This document shows, in pieces, positions 49,296 to 64,000 of a DNA stretch of 64,000 nt; the first letter of the stretch is position 1, and each line of letters begins with the position of its first letter. Location of the stretch: NCBI GenBank assembly GCA_964035545.1, contig OZ037772.1, positions 868,001-932,000 of the forward strand, written 5' to 3'. Origin of the DNA: Bugula neritina. Its lineage: Eukaryota; Animalia; Bryozoa. The position numbers were made by a program, and so were the translations under genes. Under the pieces are notes generated by a model. It saw nothing but the letters and a program-made list of their open reading frames with translations. It made no database searches and was not told the DNA's origin.

Positions 49296-50972
49296 ATAGT
49301 CATTACAGCGGCTGAAGTAGAACAATTTGTCTATAAACTTTATGGAACAGGATATTCAAATATATATGATGTCCGATACACTATATTTTGTTCACCGTCT
49401 AAAATAACTCAATACAGTTTGCCTCAACAAAAGATGAATTAAATTTGCATGTAAAAAGAGCAAATTATCAGGCAGCCATTTGGAGAAAGGTGACAACAGC
49501 CTATATTGATGCACCACCCCCAGAACATCATGGAAGGATTGTTGAGAATCATGGCAGCATAGATATAAAGTTGATGATTCAAGCTTCCGCACCTGAACAT
49601 GTATATTGCAAGGTTTAAACTGCTTCTATAAGACCGGCTGCAACATCTCAAGATGTGGATGTAAGAAGTATCAAATGCAGTGCATGCACTAAGGATTGTC
49701 TGAAAAGAAGTGTTATATTGGGGAAGAAGCTAATGAGAGTGACAACAGTGACAATGATGGCGAGAATACTTTTTCATAATAAAGCACTATTTTTAGACAT
49801 TTGTTATATGTTTTGCTGCAACCAATTTGATTTTAATCATCTCTCATGCTTCTGTTTCTCTAAAATATAATTTGACAGAAATTTGTTGATTTTTGCAGAT
49901 GTTTAACGGCTACTGACAGACTATAGCAAATGATTCACTTGGACTGTGCTCAAAAGATTTCAATATTTATTCATTTCAATATTTATTTTGTGCTATAAAT
50001 ATAGTTTTTTCACACATCAGCTTAACTTTGTTTTTATTTTTGTATAAATAGCTTGGTCATACAATTATTCTGCATGCTTATGCCGCATGCAATATGGCGA
50101 TTCATAACCAACATAAATGTTTATATAAACAACTTGGTTTTAATTTGAGATAGCGTCTTGCAGCCGTTAAATTCAGTATCAGCATAGAATATTAAATAAG
50201 AGGCAATTATTTTTGGTATTTCAGCAAATATTTTATCTTCAAGATAGCTTGGTAAAATTGAATACTATTTTGCACAACCCACATTTCTTTTTATCACCCA
50301 TCCAAGATGTCGATTTGTTTTTTGAAACATAACTTGAGTTTGGGTAAAGATAGAATTCTAGAGTTTGTAGATTCAGAATCAGCACAAAATTCTGATCTAA
50401 AAACAACTTTTTTTGAGTGGCCACCTAGTAAAGTGTAATAAGTCAATTTTCAAACACTTTTTTGGGAGGTTACTTCCAGACTATGAGCCATTTTACTAAC
50501 TCTCTCAAAGTGCTTTACAGGAAATTTTTATGATTTGTAAATGTATGGTCTCACGCTGCCAAATAAATATATGCCAACAGTTTAGTAACACATATCAATG
50601 CTATATTTAAAAATTCAAATTATTACTACTTATAAAATAAAATAAAACAATACCAAACCAATAATCTTCTAACTTTAAATCTGCAAAATAGTTTTATAGG
50701 TGAGCATACAGAAAAAATGAAGTTAAAAAATAAAGTTAAAAATTAAAGTTAAAAAATATGGCCATCAAAAATGCTATCAGTCTATCCTTATCCGTTGATT
50801 TCTTTGCTACTCTTTTTCGTTATAATCATTTTTCATTTTGCAAAGGCTATTTTCCACTTTTTCCACAGTATCTTTAAGAATTTTTATAGTCTACAACCAA
50901 AAGGGAATTATTTTGGCCATGACGTCCAACAAAAGTACACAAAAATAGCAATTAGAAGCGTAGATGCATTAC

Positions 50973-53900
50973 CTGTGACTGTTCAATTACAAGACGCTGG
51001 TTTTCTAGTGCCTCGTGGGAAGTATTTTTTTGCACTTGCTTTAGCTGATCTAGTTGAGCACTCAACTTCTGTTCGAATCTAAATTTCTCATCTTTCATCT
51101 GTTCCATTAACTCCGTGGCAGTTCTGTTACTTGCCAAAGTCTGGAGGCAGTCAAAATGAAATTAAAAAAAGAACTAGCTTATAGTAGACCTGCTCGAAAC
51201 GAACAATGGGAAAATGAAATAACAAGCAATATGCAAATAGAAGGCAGCAACACAACCATTTCAAGTAACCAATCTGTCCTAAACCAGATAGGTAAAATGT
51301 GGTTTTACTACAGGTGGATAGGCTATAAACAGCTGAGCTCTGCCAAACCTTATCCAGCTGCATCTGTAGATCAGTAACTCTCCTCTCACTCTGCACATGC
51401 TCAGTTTCCATCTCACACTTCAAAACCAGAGTGCTTTCTTGAGATTCAGAAAGCAGCTGATTGGCTTTGTCTGCTCGCTGTCTTTCTGCCTCAACCAATG
51501 ATTTCAAACAATTATTTTCACTATTTAACCGCTCAATCTGAAAAAAAATGAAGCGCAGGATAGCTACTGATCATTCAGATAAAACTTGGTAACTAAAGAT
51601 AAATTAGAAAAAAAGTATAGGTACATGAAAATTACACCAGGATAAGCCAAAGCAAAAGTACACAAACAAAAATATGTAGTAAATGAGAAGCGCCAATGTC
51701 AGTTCTTTTCACAAGTAGGCTGGTAGCTATGCAACCTAACAGGAATTAATCAAGTGCAGCAGCATTTAACACGTGTAATGAGTCTGTGTTGGTCGAGTCT
51801 GGATTTTTTCTTTTTGGCTGTTTTTTCAACAGCAACAATTCAACTCTATATAAACCTTAATGTTTGGACAATTTGGTTGTACAGATGCTACACTGAAAAC
51901 CGCAGTCATCCACTGCACACCTAATCCTAACACATACAAGTAGTATATGGATATAATTTACAAATCACCAACTTGTTTGCCAAGAGCGACTAACTCTGCA
52001 TCTTTCTCAACAACTGTCCCATCTAGCTTTACCAACTCAGACTTCAGATATTCCAATTCTTGACTACAAAAACTGATGACAACTATTGCAGAACTGATGA
52101 CCAACTGCTTGGCTACACCAAATAACACAGCTGGCAATACTCACAAGATTGAAACATAAACATATAAACAAACTGCTATTCACAAGACGAAGAGACAACT
52201 TTAAACTAAGCTTTACCTAGTTAGTAAATTTCTTGATATTTACTCACAACAATAAAAAATTACTTGCTTTAGGAGTACTTGACATAAAACCCACCACAAA
52301 ACGTATTTAATACATTTGAAGTAAGCAGGAGACAATTCCTTATTAATTTTTTCAACTGAAACTTTAAGGCTGTAGGTTAGCTTGTCGGCCCCACAAGTGC
52401 CACACAACCACTAAAGTAATTGCATGCACGTCTGCTCTTTAGTTGTTTAGTTTAACTTGATTTCACTTGACTTTGCAGCCGTTAAATAAACCACAGCCGA
52501 TGCATAATAATAAAAAAGCTATATTTTGACTGATACTTGACTGTCTATACTCTATTATATTTCCACCCAAGCAATTTTTATAGTCCAATCAACAGTAATA
52601 ATAGCCAGTGTTATGAGTTAAACTTCTAGTTTTAAACTGAATAGGTTAAAAAATTGGTAAGTGATGTTGATAGTGCAGCTTGGTAGTTTATGGATGATTA
52701 TAGATATTAAATGTTGTTATGTAGTAAATTTGTGTATACTTTCACAAATTATAGAATGAATTTCTTACTAGGTATTTTTCTACTCATATTGAGTGCTTGT
52801 TTTCTAATCTTACTAGCTAACGTACTACTATTCCATTAGCAGCTAGGTGTTTTTGTGAATTTATACATTCACTAATTGCTAGGTATTTAAAGTAATGCAA
52901 CACCGCCAAAGTTGAAGGAGATTATAAATCGTATATTTAATTCACAACATACAGGAGTAGCTAGCTATCTGCTTTAATTATCCTCTCCTTTGTTTACAGC
53001 GTAAGTTGGTAGCGTACTAAAGTAGATACTGTTAAGCCAAGTCTATTAGAGGCGCTACACATTAGGATAACAGGATACTAGCAAGAGAGTTGTTCTTTCC
53101 ATATACAATGGTAGAGCAACTCCTTACAGTCAGATATACATGGGGACACAACCCTTACACAACTCTTACAGTGTTACTATAGTAATGACTGGATTAGCTA
53201 TTGCTTATAGCTAGGGGTAGGGCTGATTATGTAATGCAAAGTAACTGGGATTTTCCCTCAAAGGTTCTCTTGATTCGAGCAAACTATTTCCATTTCGCAT
53301 GGAACTTTCTGGAATTAACTACCTCCAACATATAAAAGGAGGCACACAAACCAGTGGATTCAGTCTACTGCCAGCACTGAAGGAATACACATCAAGTAGC
53401 TACGGACTGAGGACACTAGAAATATAGATATACTTTTATACCTAGATTTTTATTGATAGATAGTTTTCCTCTTAATGTATGGAATTGTCCCCTCGGACAC
53501 TCTTTTTATTTTGATGTGATTTAAATAAAGGATAGTAAGTATAAATATTCTGGTTTACTGTTAATAATTATTCTTGACAAAGAGTCACTGTGTTCTCATC
53601 AGCTAAAAACCCACACCTATAATTTCATGCAGTGAATAATAACATTCCACGCATTTGCTTTTTAATTTAATACTAAAATTAGCCATACGTTCTTACACAA
53701 CTTTAAAATGTAAAAATTATACACAGCCACTTTTTATTCATTAAAACATCAGAATAAACATATTGCTTTTTTAAAATAGAACACTAGTATTATTTTTTAA
53801 GTTTTACTCATTTATACTATAATTTATGACTTGTAGTTTTACTTTTTATATTCATGTAACCAGTATTAGCATCTCAACTTAATTTATTGTTAAGAGAACA

Positions 53901-56900
53901 GATCTGTCATGATTGTGAGTTTTTGTTAATAAGTTAGCTCCAAGAAGGTTGTCATGTCAACATAAATACGATTTATCCTTTCTAGCCATTTCACTTGTGG
54001 AAATAAGGTATATGAAAATGCCGAGCTATGTTTACTATGCTAATTCACATGCAACTGATCTTGACCTCTGCGCATGAACCTAGAAAATAAGTTATATAGA
54101 CTAAGAGCCATCTGCCAATAAAACCCGAGCAGGAAAATAACACAGGAAATAAAAATCGCTTAAATTTATCAGTGATTTTTCAATCAGCAATAGCTAAATC
54201 GGCAAGTAAAAAATCGGCCTGTGTACATGCAGCTTACAACTAGCTCTTTTTTGTGTTTGACACTATCTTGAATTTTATAAACAAACATAACTACTTGTAC
54301 CCCTATTATCTGGAATACTCTATTGACTGGAGAACACCACTAGAGAATACAAGCCAAATTCATTAGGGTTACATGGTTATACCCAACCAAGAATTTGTAC
54401 ACTTATAGCATGTAGGTGACAGAATGATGCAGCTCTATATCATAATTTAGTTGATGTTGGATGTGATTGTCTACAAGTGGTTACGAGCTCAACTAGAACC
54501 TATATAAAGTCTAGAAATCCTTTAGATTTTTCAAGTATGATTCGAAAGAAAAGCACTAGACCTACCTACCTATACATGTATAAGGATTAGATGGCAGAGA
54601 AATTAGACAGTTTAAAACTAAACCGTGAAGAGTTGAGAATAAAAAAAAAGTACAATACATACATATAGAAAGACAAAATTAGCTAAGCATAAGGTAAGTA
54701 TAACTACTTCTAAATTAAATATTCTAAATTAAATACAACAAATTATTAGCCTGCCTTCTTTACCTCATAGTATGTTCTCTGTCTCTGCCATGTAAAGGTT
54801 GCATGAAGTCCTCTGTCTCTCCCATCACTTTCTCGTAAGCCTCACGAGTTGCTTCCAATGTACTTGTGAGTTTCTAGTAACATAGAATGTAACTCAACTG
54901 CTCTGAGAAGCAAGTGGCAAGCTTCTACACTAAGAATAGTGGGATTTGAAACAGTGTAGCAGTCCAGTATTATTACTGCTGATTGCTGGCAGAAATACTG
55001 CCATAAAAGCCTATAACTTTTAAAGTAATACTATTTACTGAAAATAGTAGTTGAATATAAAAATCTAAGAGGTGCACTTACAACTTGCCAATAGGTTGAC
55101 AGACTTAAAACATAACTGTCTAAGCTAAATGCACTTGACATAAATGCCTTAGCTTCTACCATGAATATACAATACTGATATACAAAAAGGACTTGCTCAA
55201 ATAAGAAGACAATTCCTCATGACAGAACTAAGTAGTCATTATAAACCAGTGTCTAGTTGTACAACTAGACTAAATCAATTATCTGAAAGTTAAGCCAGCA
55301 AATTGAAACTATGCTATCAAATACTTTGAATGTGTTACACAGCAATCTAGTTATGACTGCTGAGAAAACAAAAACAAAGATTGGTGTAGCTGATAGGGAA
55401 TCTAGCATAATATACTCCTGGATTACAACTTACACTCAATAAAACTTATTAGGGCTAGCTAGACCTTAGAAACTGACAGCGATGATACTTATATTGTTGT
55501 ATATTTAGATTTTAAAATAAACCAAGTAGTACTTTAAAATCTACTAAAACCGACTAAACCATTTTTTCATTAAACCAGTAAATATTGCACACTATCAACA
55601 TATTATATTTATTGAAATAAGTTAATCTCAGTTTTTAGATAATCCAAATCTAGCTCAATACGTAGCTCGTTTTCTGGCAAATCACACCTGGGAGTTTCAT
55701 CAATAGTTAGTATCAGATAGCACTAGGTAAATAATACCAATGTCACTATGTCAGAATTGGAAGTTTTAATTAAGTTGGTCGAGATAACATACCAATGGAG
55801 GACAAAAAGCTGAAATTAGTTAACAATACCAACTTACCTGAGGGGACAACTCCTGCAACTATGTTAAAGTTGTGAACATTACTGGTTCATTGACCTCTCC
55901 CTAGGTATAAACGTTAACATTTGATGAAATAGTTCATGAGAAGAAATGAAAAAAAAGTAAATGCACACTCATTAGAATACACGGCCACCGGTATACTATA
56001 AATGTTACCCTGTAGATGTTTTGTAAAGATAGTGTATTTATTCTCACCTTATTCTGACTAACAAGGTCTTCATTTAAAGCAATCAAGGATGCCAGCTCTC
56101 TAGTTTGAGTCTCTTTGCTGCTCTCCAGCTTGTGTATATAACTGTCTTTCTGATTCAAAACTCCACGTAGCTTTTCCTACAGAGTCCCACTTGCAGATGT
56201 CACAAGGGACAGCAACATTGTTAGTCTTCAGAGTTAGAAAATAAGCCAATAATGACATTGAAATATTAGTAGTAAACAAAGAAAAATGTGAATTATAAGT
56301 TACTTAAAAAATAAACCCCATTAGGGAAGAAAATAAAAACACCATAAAACTGAAATGTCCTTACAAGCACTTCAGTCCACGGAACCTACAAAGAAATATA
56401 ATTTACATACAGATTTAATTTACTTAATTTACATAACATGAGATTGAACTTTCAAAATGATTCCGGTACACAAACACTACACACAAAAACAAACAGATAT
56501 TTGACTATGTACACTTGGAGATTTATAGGACCAAAATATGTTTAGAAAAAACATATTTCAGGCAATTTTTGTCAGAATAAATTATAACTGCCTGATTTTG
56601 AATATCACTAATAATTAACTTATAACTTAATTTTACAAAATTATTAAAAGGTTGTTGGATTTGCATTATATTGAATAGGCAAGTGTTCACCTGGTCACAT
56701 TACTCTTCTCTTAGCACATATTATATAAAACACCCATCACACAAGTCTAGATTTCAACGAAATATTTATTCACACGACTTTCACAAGACTATAAAATTTC
56801 TTGGTAGCCTTACACCGTGAGGGTTTGTTCCAAGCAGTTACATATTTCAAACAATTATAGGAAATACTTTTATTGCAACTTAATTTCAAAACCCTATTCA

Positions 56901-59900
56901 AACAAATTCACAACTAGTCATAATTGCAAAAGATAAATTTTTCACTATATTAATATTTTACTATATAGTTTCAGGCAAAAAGTAATGTTCATTAGCAGCC
57001 AAGTTGTGAAAAATAGCTAAGAACTGGAGATTTCCAGTGTGTACTAAATTACATGGAATGACCTTATTTTATTGGGTGAAAAAAATCTTCATTACTCTAT
57101 CATTGAAATAACAACTGCAAACACTGAATGTAAGGTTATTGGCGAAAGCTTATTAAAAGAAAAGACTAATAATTTAATGTATGTATGCAAGAATTTTCAC
57201 GTCACCTATACTTTGATACAGCACATACAGTAGTAGAATGATTGTATCCCAGGTGAAGACAACTCCCAACAATACAAAATATTATATAAAAGAAAAACAG
57301 CATGAAACAGTATGTTATACTTTATTGCTGGTTTTGATCCAACAGACAGCAGCTACTTACCTGTAGCTTCATGCTCAGTGTAATATCATGTTAATGCTTA
57401 CATCAAGTATTTAAAAGATCATACGTTTGAAATGGTGATGTGCACAATCAAAATTAGTTGAACAAAGTAGATTAAATACAATCAATTACTAATAACTCTA
57501 TAGAAAAACCCATTCCAATGAAAGAGAACACGTCTAGCACAAAATTAGGTAAATCAAGAACGAATGATCGAGATCACTAGAGGTTAAAAGCTTTGTAAAC
57601 ATGGAGAATACTACTAGAGAGTACTACTCACATCTAAACTTAATGTCTCCATCTTCTGATTTTGCTGCAAATCCAGACGGTTACAGCTGTCATGATTACC
57701 GGCACCTTGTATAGCACTTTGTCTAGCAAGTCAGTGTCAGGTGTTGAAGATGTAGAACTGAGGTGCAAATAGTAATGAACAACTGTACATTCAATGTATA
57801 GCAATAAGATATTTTTAGGTGCACTCACACTAATTCAGAAAAAATATTGTGTACTAGTTTACTATGGTTTAGAACATCTGTTTACTGAGATAAGCTATAA
57901 TTAAATGATGGTCCAGCATCAGTTACTGTGCACTAAATATGTGCTGAAAAAAACATATAATTAATTCTCAGTACAAGATCGAAGGTAAATATTTTGACTG
58001 AAAACTCGGACGGGCATTTTATAATAATGTATGTATTCCCAGTGTTTATAACTACTGCAAATTACAATAATTTGCACCACAAAACCTAGAGCACAGAAGT
58101 TGTTGTACATGATGAGTCATATATGAACATACAGTGCACCACTCTTATAATCCTACGGAGCCATAATTGGAACAACTATATATATATATATATACAATAT
58201 ATACTAGCACTTGTCATTCATTACATTACATTATATACAATATAAGTTAGTGGTTGCCATTACGTTACATTACATTACGTTACATTACGTTATATACAAT
58301 ATAAGTTAGTGGTTGCCATTACGTTACAAACACATCAGTACCTTTTTGCTTTGAGCCATGCTAAATTTCGATAAAACGTGAATCCAATAAATGGCAAGTC
58401 TCTCATTGGTGAGTGTTGAAAATCTTCATCAGGAGAAGTCTGACGAGCATCGACGTTCTTAAAATTGCTGGTATCTTCCGGACTAGCTACTTTAGGATTA
58501 TATGGTGAAGTTGCTAAATAAGAACAAACAGCATTGTAATCAGCATCATAAAAATAAACTTTAATAATCAAAACATTCCCTTACCTGACACAGACATGCT
58601 CAAAAAAGTGCAAACTCTCTGTATTGCAGCTGCTTAATGGTAACAACTATAAGTAGGAAAACAATTGAATGGTAATGACAAATGCTCATCTTATACTCTA
58701 TAAGCTCAGTGGTTCCCGACCTTGTTCATTGTATTTCTGACTAAAAACCGTGACGGTATAAACACAGCTATAAACTAGAAGTATTGTGTCACTTTGCCAT
58801 AAAAGTTACAATATCTACATCATTGAAATTAAGTAGTTGAGAGTAAAATTAATATGCAAATTGACTTATTTTTCATTGGAAAATTCCTAAATTTTTACAA
58901 CAATAACTGTTTTTAAAAACTATAGTAAAGTACGAGTCCAGTTTTAATGTTCATTATTAGTATTATTATTATTAGGAGTCGATAGTTCATTTTACTTTTA
59001 GAGTCAGTTTCACTGTAGATTTCACCTATTTTATATGATTGTGATGTTGACCAGAATTAAAATATTTACATGGCTAAAGCTAACTAGTGAGTACCTAGGT
59101 AGAGTAGCTTATTCACTTAGACTTACAGCAGTGATTTCCAACCTTTTTCATACTATTCCCTTCTTCATAAATGCTGACTATTTATTTCCCCCCTTTTACA
59201 AATCGAAAAAGAATTTATGTATAGGAAGAATTTGCTTGTTGAAACCCTGAATTATTTTATTTAAAAATGGCACAGGTTATAACGGCACAAATAGAAAAGT
59301 GGGTAGAAATGGGGTTCAGGATGTGGGTGTTTGCTTGGGCAAATTTGACACCAGTGTGCGACTTTTATCTAAAATCGGAACAGGTTCTTCTCCTTTAATA
59401 GTTTATTGAGTGTGGGGAAAGACACCATGTTTTTGATAAAGACGTCACCATTTTAGCGAAACATTAAAAACATTGATGCTGCTATATAAAAAGCAATGAT
59501 ATGGTGACTGGAGTTTTGCATTGTTAGGTTCAGATTATTTAGTGTAGCAAATATGTCCACTAGGTATGTAGTATACAGTTCATAGAAATTGACTTGCATG
59601 GCTGCTAAAAGGTGGCCTGTTGGTGTTTGAAAATTTTTGACCTCCATTCAAAGTAGCACAGAAAGCAGTTAGGGTAAAGCAATTAATGAACACACTCATG
59701 TAGAAGTAAACTGAGATTGCAGAATATATGGTTTGGTTAAATAAATGAACTAAGATGGAGGTTTATAAATAATTTATATACATTATACATATACATGTAA
59801 CTGGCAAGAAATCAAACATCCTTCCAGCAAACCTCGGAAATTTATCAAAATCCAAACTACCCCCCTAAAAAGTCCTAATTCCCTCTAGGGGGGAATTCCT

Positions 59901-61868
59901 CCCAGATTGGGCACCACTGGTCTAGCTAGTCAATTTGATAGACACATTCTTCTAAGTAATTCATCAATCCATTACCATAAAAACAGGATAGTTTGGCATC
60001 TATACAAGAGTACACCACTGGTTAGTAGTAAACTGTAGTACTGCTGAAACTGAGTTGAAAAGTGAAACTAATGCAACTGTTATTTGTAAAAGGTGAACAG
60101 ATAACTGAGAGCACAACTCCTACCACTTCTTATTTCCTTCAAGTTCATAGTGCTGAGAAAATTGTGTGATGAGATCTTATCAAAGCCCATCCTCAATTTG
60201 GCTTCAGTTAATAAACCTTTAATGATATGTAACTGCTAAGGGGGCACAACTCTTAACTATAAATTGAACACCAGGCACATTAAATAAGGTTTTTTGTAAA
60301 ATATGTCATCATAAACAATAAGCTACCTTGAATTTCATAATTTTACTGTAAGTATTGCCAGCACTGTGGTTTTCATCAGAAAAAGGAAGGTGGCCGCAGA
60401 CCATTTTATAAGTGATGATGCCGAGAGCCCACCAGTCAACCAGTCTGTTGTAAGGTCGATCTGAGCTAGAGTTCATAGATGTCAGCAGCTCAGGGGCAAT
60501 GTAGTCAGGGTTTCCAATGGCCATTTCACCAGATACCTATCACACATAAGAAAAAAAAATCATTATTGTAAATTTAAATCTTTAAGGCAACACTTTCATT
60601 TTATTTGCATTTAATTATTTTAAAAATTCACAAGTCTTAGCTTAGCAACAAAAAAATAAACTCTGCATAGGATTACATAACAGAAAAAGTAAAGGTAAAT
60701 ATTACAACTGTTATCTGCTAAGCATTGAAATATAAACATTATCGTGTCACAAATTGGGATGCATAAAACTTGCCTGCCAAGAAGAATGGCTAAATCTCCC
60801 CCAGGATGAAAATTCATAGCTAAATACAAACAATACTTGTTCTGGAAGGCATAATGAAGTTGTGTGAACCAGGCACTATTACTCTTAGCCATGATATCTC
60901 GTTCCTCTTTAAAGTATGCAGCCTACACATAATCCAAGACAATTGTTGTCAGTGCATATAAGAGCTATTATAGAAAGAGTTTAGAAAGCAGGACAGAAAG
61001 ACTAGGTTGAGCTGCAAGGGGTAGATAGGAAGACTGGTTAAACATTGTATTACAGGAAAGCGAAAGATATTCCACATTTTTTTAGATTCTTATAACAGCA
61101 GGCCTCTAAAACACACTGGCAGCACTAAAGTTATGTGTGACCAATTTTCACCCCACATCCCTGCGACTATGTATGTGATTAGAAGATAACTGAAGCAACC
61201 CTGTAAATAAATCACAGCACAATGAGTCACTCAACACCGACAATTTACAATAAGTCACCCTCTAATGCATTGCATTTCTCATAAGAGCCTGCTTTCCTTT
61301 CTAATGTCAAGTTTACCATGTAGGTGATACAAAAGGTTCACAGGATAGAGTTTGTCAAAGACCAAAGCAAAGTGAACAAAAGGTGAGTTCAACACTCAGA
61401 AAATAAAAGCGAATTTACAGTCTCAATGACCTGAAAGGTGGGATCATTCTAAAGCATGCGTAAAAACCAACACATAACACAAGAACTTATTTTAAATATT
61501 ACAAGAGTCAGCTAAATCAAAGCAACATCCTGGGATATTAACGCACCATTAAGAAGTTGAATGCCTCAAAGTGAAATTTTAAGAAAATATTACATATTGG
61601 CAGTACAAACATAGCCCATGCTTTGTTACGGATAGCAAGAACTTGACAGACAGGAATATAACAATATATTATGTTATTTGCTATTCATGATGAATTAAAT
61701 AGAGAAAAAGTTTCCACAAAACCAACCTCTTGATGTGCAAGTACATCTTCCTTTCTAATAACCTTCAAAGCATAAGTTTCTCCTGTGAGCTTTTCTTTTA
61801 CAACTTTGACTTGACCAAAATGACCTTGCTCGATAAGCTTCAGGGTCAAAAAGTTATATTTATATAAC
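50973..61868 (-). pseudogene. Citron Rho-interacting kinase-like (DMPK/ROCK family) pseudogene; kinase exons 61868-61727, 60922-60774, 60536-60327, 60256-60124, about 58513-58342, then coiled-coil exons to 50973
   Basis: GHFGQVKVVKEK..YALK, EERDIMA..WFTQLHYAFQ..FHPGGDL, GNPDYIAPE, DWWALG, DTSNF..LPFIGFTF; in-frame TAG at 60236-60238; HRD/DFG exon absent. Confidence 0.8.
59129..59919 (-). mobile_element. hAT (Buster/Charlie-like) deletion derivative with transposase remnant
   Basis: CAGTG..CCACTG-type ends like 13083-13699; YLVDIFATLNNLNLTMQ resembles the Buster-type transposase motif YLxDIFxxLNxLN; no TSD found. Confidence 0.6.
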
Positions 61869-62839
61869 CTAGTCATAGTGAAATCATACACATGAGGAAA
61901 TCATGTTGACTTTTGTGTGCAAATTAGTCATAGCCATAAAAGCAAAACAGCTACATATACGTGACTAATGCAATGGTTTTTTCATTATAGGCTCGTTGGT
62001 TAACTTTGTTTGTTTTGATGAGAGCAAGAAATTTCACTGGCATTCCGATTAATTACATAGCATATTATAGGACTAGGCAGATGTATATGCTGTAGAATGA
62101 TTTTTGGACCTTTCAATCAGCATATGAAAAACTGTAGTCAAAAAACAAGTGATCATAAAAAATTATTTTATATGAATAAAAAGTGACTAAAATGCAAACA
62201 ATTATTTTGAAATAATACTTGCATAGACTTGCGTGCTATACTAATTACAAGTATAAGCTAAATAACAAAAGAAAATTACATATATACTAACAGTTTATAA
62301 AGTAGAATTTGTGACAACGATTTATAAAACGAAATAGTATAAGTTCGACAATCTTGCAGCACCTTGAAACACAAAGTGTAAAGATGCATGCGTCAGTATA
62401 CAGAGTTTGTTGATGTAAAGTTGTTATATCAAAGTTTTGCTATACATGGGCTGACAGTTAAGCAGCCACCTACAAATAATTATATATATGTGACCTACCA
62501 CTACACAACCAGGCTATCTAGGTAAAAATTACAGATTGATAATAACTATAAAATTATATATATATAAGTGTTAAAATATCATTGAAAAAACTTGGTAAAA
62601 CTTCTGTTTGACAAATATGATTCAATTTTTGATGAATGCTTTCGAAAATATATTTAGAAAGTTTAGATTATTAATTATTAATAACATGAACAGTAACGCT
62701 TTTAACCTCTTCAAAAAAATCGCAAGAGAGGCAATTGCTAAAACACAAAAAGAAAACAGGAATAATGTTGCTGAAAAATAAGTTTATACAATAGTGTTTA
62801 AATTAGGCCATAATAAAGTATAATAATATGAGAGGTAAT

Positions 62840-63940
62840 AATGGCACAGTTAATAATATAATGCCACAGGAAATAATGGCACATGCAGGTGGTAATATGA
62901 GGACACAGGTGATAATGTCACAGGTAAGAAGGGCACACAGCGAAAAGTAGGAAAACATGGCACACTTATCTTCAATTTTTCCAAACACCCATTCTCACCC
63001 TTATACCCTAATACTGAAAATGTGCCATTCTTACCTATTTTTCTACTTGTGCCATAACTACCTGTATGTGCCATTTTAACCATAGACACCACCCACAATG
63101 CATCAATTAGAAAAGATTTCAAATAACCCTTCATTGCTGAATTATTATGAACCAACTCAATACAATCCTCCTGTAATTCTTCTGGAATCTTTTTAACAAA
63201 ACATTGGAATTTTTCACATGTCATGCTAAGAATCTAGCTCCTTCTTTTTGAGAGGTAGCTAAGAGAAATTTCGTTAAAACTCTATCAAGAGTTCATAGAG
63301 ATGCTCAGAAATTTTTTTGAAAACTTATCTGGAACAAGTGGTGCCTGGTAAAAGTAGCACAGGTAAAATGGCACAGGTAGTAGTGGCACAAATGGAAAAC
63401 TAGGTAAAAATGGCACATTTTCAATATTGAAGTTGGATATTTAGGGTTTTGAGTTCAGAATGGGGGGGTTTGGAGGTATGGCTTTTGGGAAAATTTTACC
63501 ATCAGTGTGCGATTTTTACTTGTGTCATTTTTACCTAAAATTGGAACAGGTTCTTCTCCTATAACAGTTCATTGAGTGTGGAGAAAGACACCACAATTTT
63601 GAAAAATACACAACCGCTTTAGTGTAACTTTAGAAACACTGACGCTGCTGTGAAAAGCAATGATATATGATGATTGCACTCCTGCATGTTTAGGTTCAGA
63701 TTATTTAGAGTAGCAAATATATTTACAAGGTATATGTAGTATGCAGTTTATAGAGATTGACTATTGCATGGCTGCTAAAAGGTGGCCTGTTATTTTTAGC
63801 AAACTTTTTGACTTCCATTTGGAAGTAGCACAGAAAGCAGTAAGGGTAAAGTAATTAATAAACGCATTCATGTCGAAGTAAACTGAGATGGCAAAATATA
63901 GTTTGGTTAAATAAGGGAGCTAAGATGAAGGTTTATATAG
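62840..63940 (-). mobile_element. Degraded hAT transposase fossil with AATGGCACAGGT-repeat segments, related to 59270-59770
   Basis: 63540-63940 is similar to 59370-59770; IPEELQEDCIEL..SAMK..LW resembles the region before the hAT dimerisation domain. Confidence 0.55.
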
Positions 63941-64000
63941 ATATTGTTATGATTTTCAGAATTAGGGTCAATGTGCAACCAAGAGAGTCTAATTACTTGC

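Noticed and set aside
49330-49760. Possible Tc1-like transposase relic (SMMFWGWC) flanking element B
   Set aside because: One short motif only; no DDE spacing or TIRs could be established.

Overview
AT-rich, intron-containing animal DNA, probably from an invertebrate; the species cannot be fixed from the sequence. Left to right: (1) an intact, very young Ty3/Gypsy LTR retrotransposon (688-8035, +) with LTRs identical by eye, an ATAT target-site duplication (TSD), a tRNA-Leu primer-binding site (PBS) and a TTTAAAC -1 frameshift, apparently inside the 5'-UTR intron of (2) an intact 7-exon TRIM-type E3 ligase gene (RING, two B-boxes, coiled coil, beta-propeller; 9843-17062, +); (3) a C6orf136/DUF2358-like gene (-, about 19998-28485) with most introns filled by different tandem repeats; (4) a decayed fibrillar collagen gene with Cys-rich N-terminal repeats, a short triple helix and a COLFI domain (32017-39591, +); (5) a TA-flanked MITE; (6) a second, related but degraded Gypsy element (41941-49295, -, ATAG TSD); (7) a citron-kinase-like pseudogene (-, 50973-61868) lacking its HRD/DFG exon; and hAT (Buster/Charlie-like) MITEs and transposase fossils. 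The best candidate for an undescribed system is in the second Gypsy element. At the env position it carries an accessory ORF for a C2H2 zinc-finger, basic, coiled-coil protein. A textbook branch point and splice acceptor precede it, in phase with two GTAAGC donors, one of them 10 codons into gag. This suggests a spliced, retroelement-encoded nucleic-acid-binding regulator. All coordinates and alignments were made by eye; no database searches were run.
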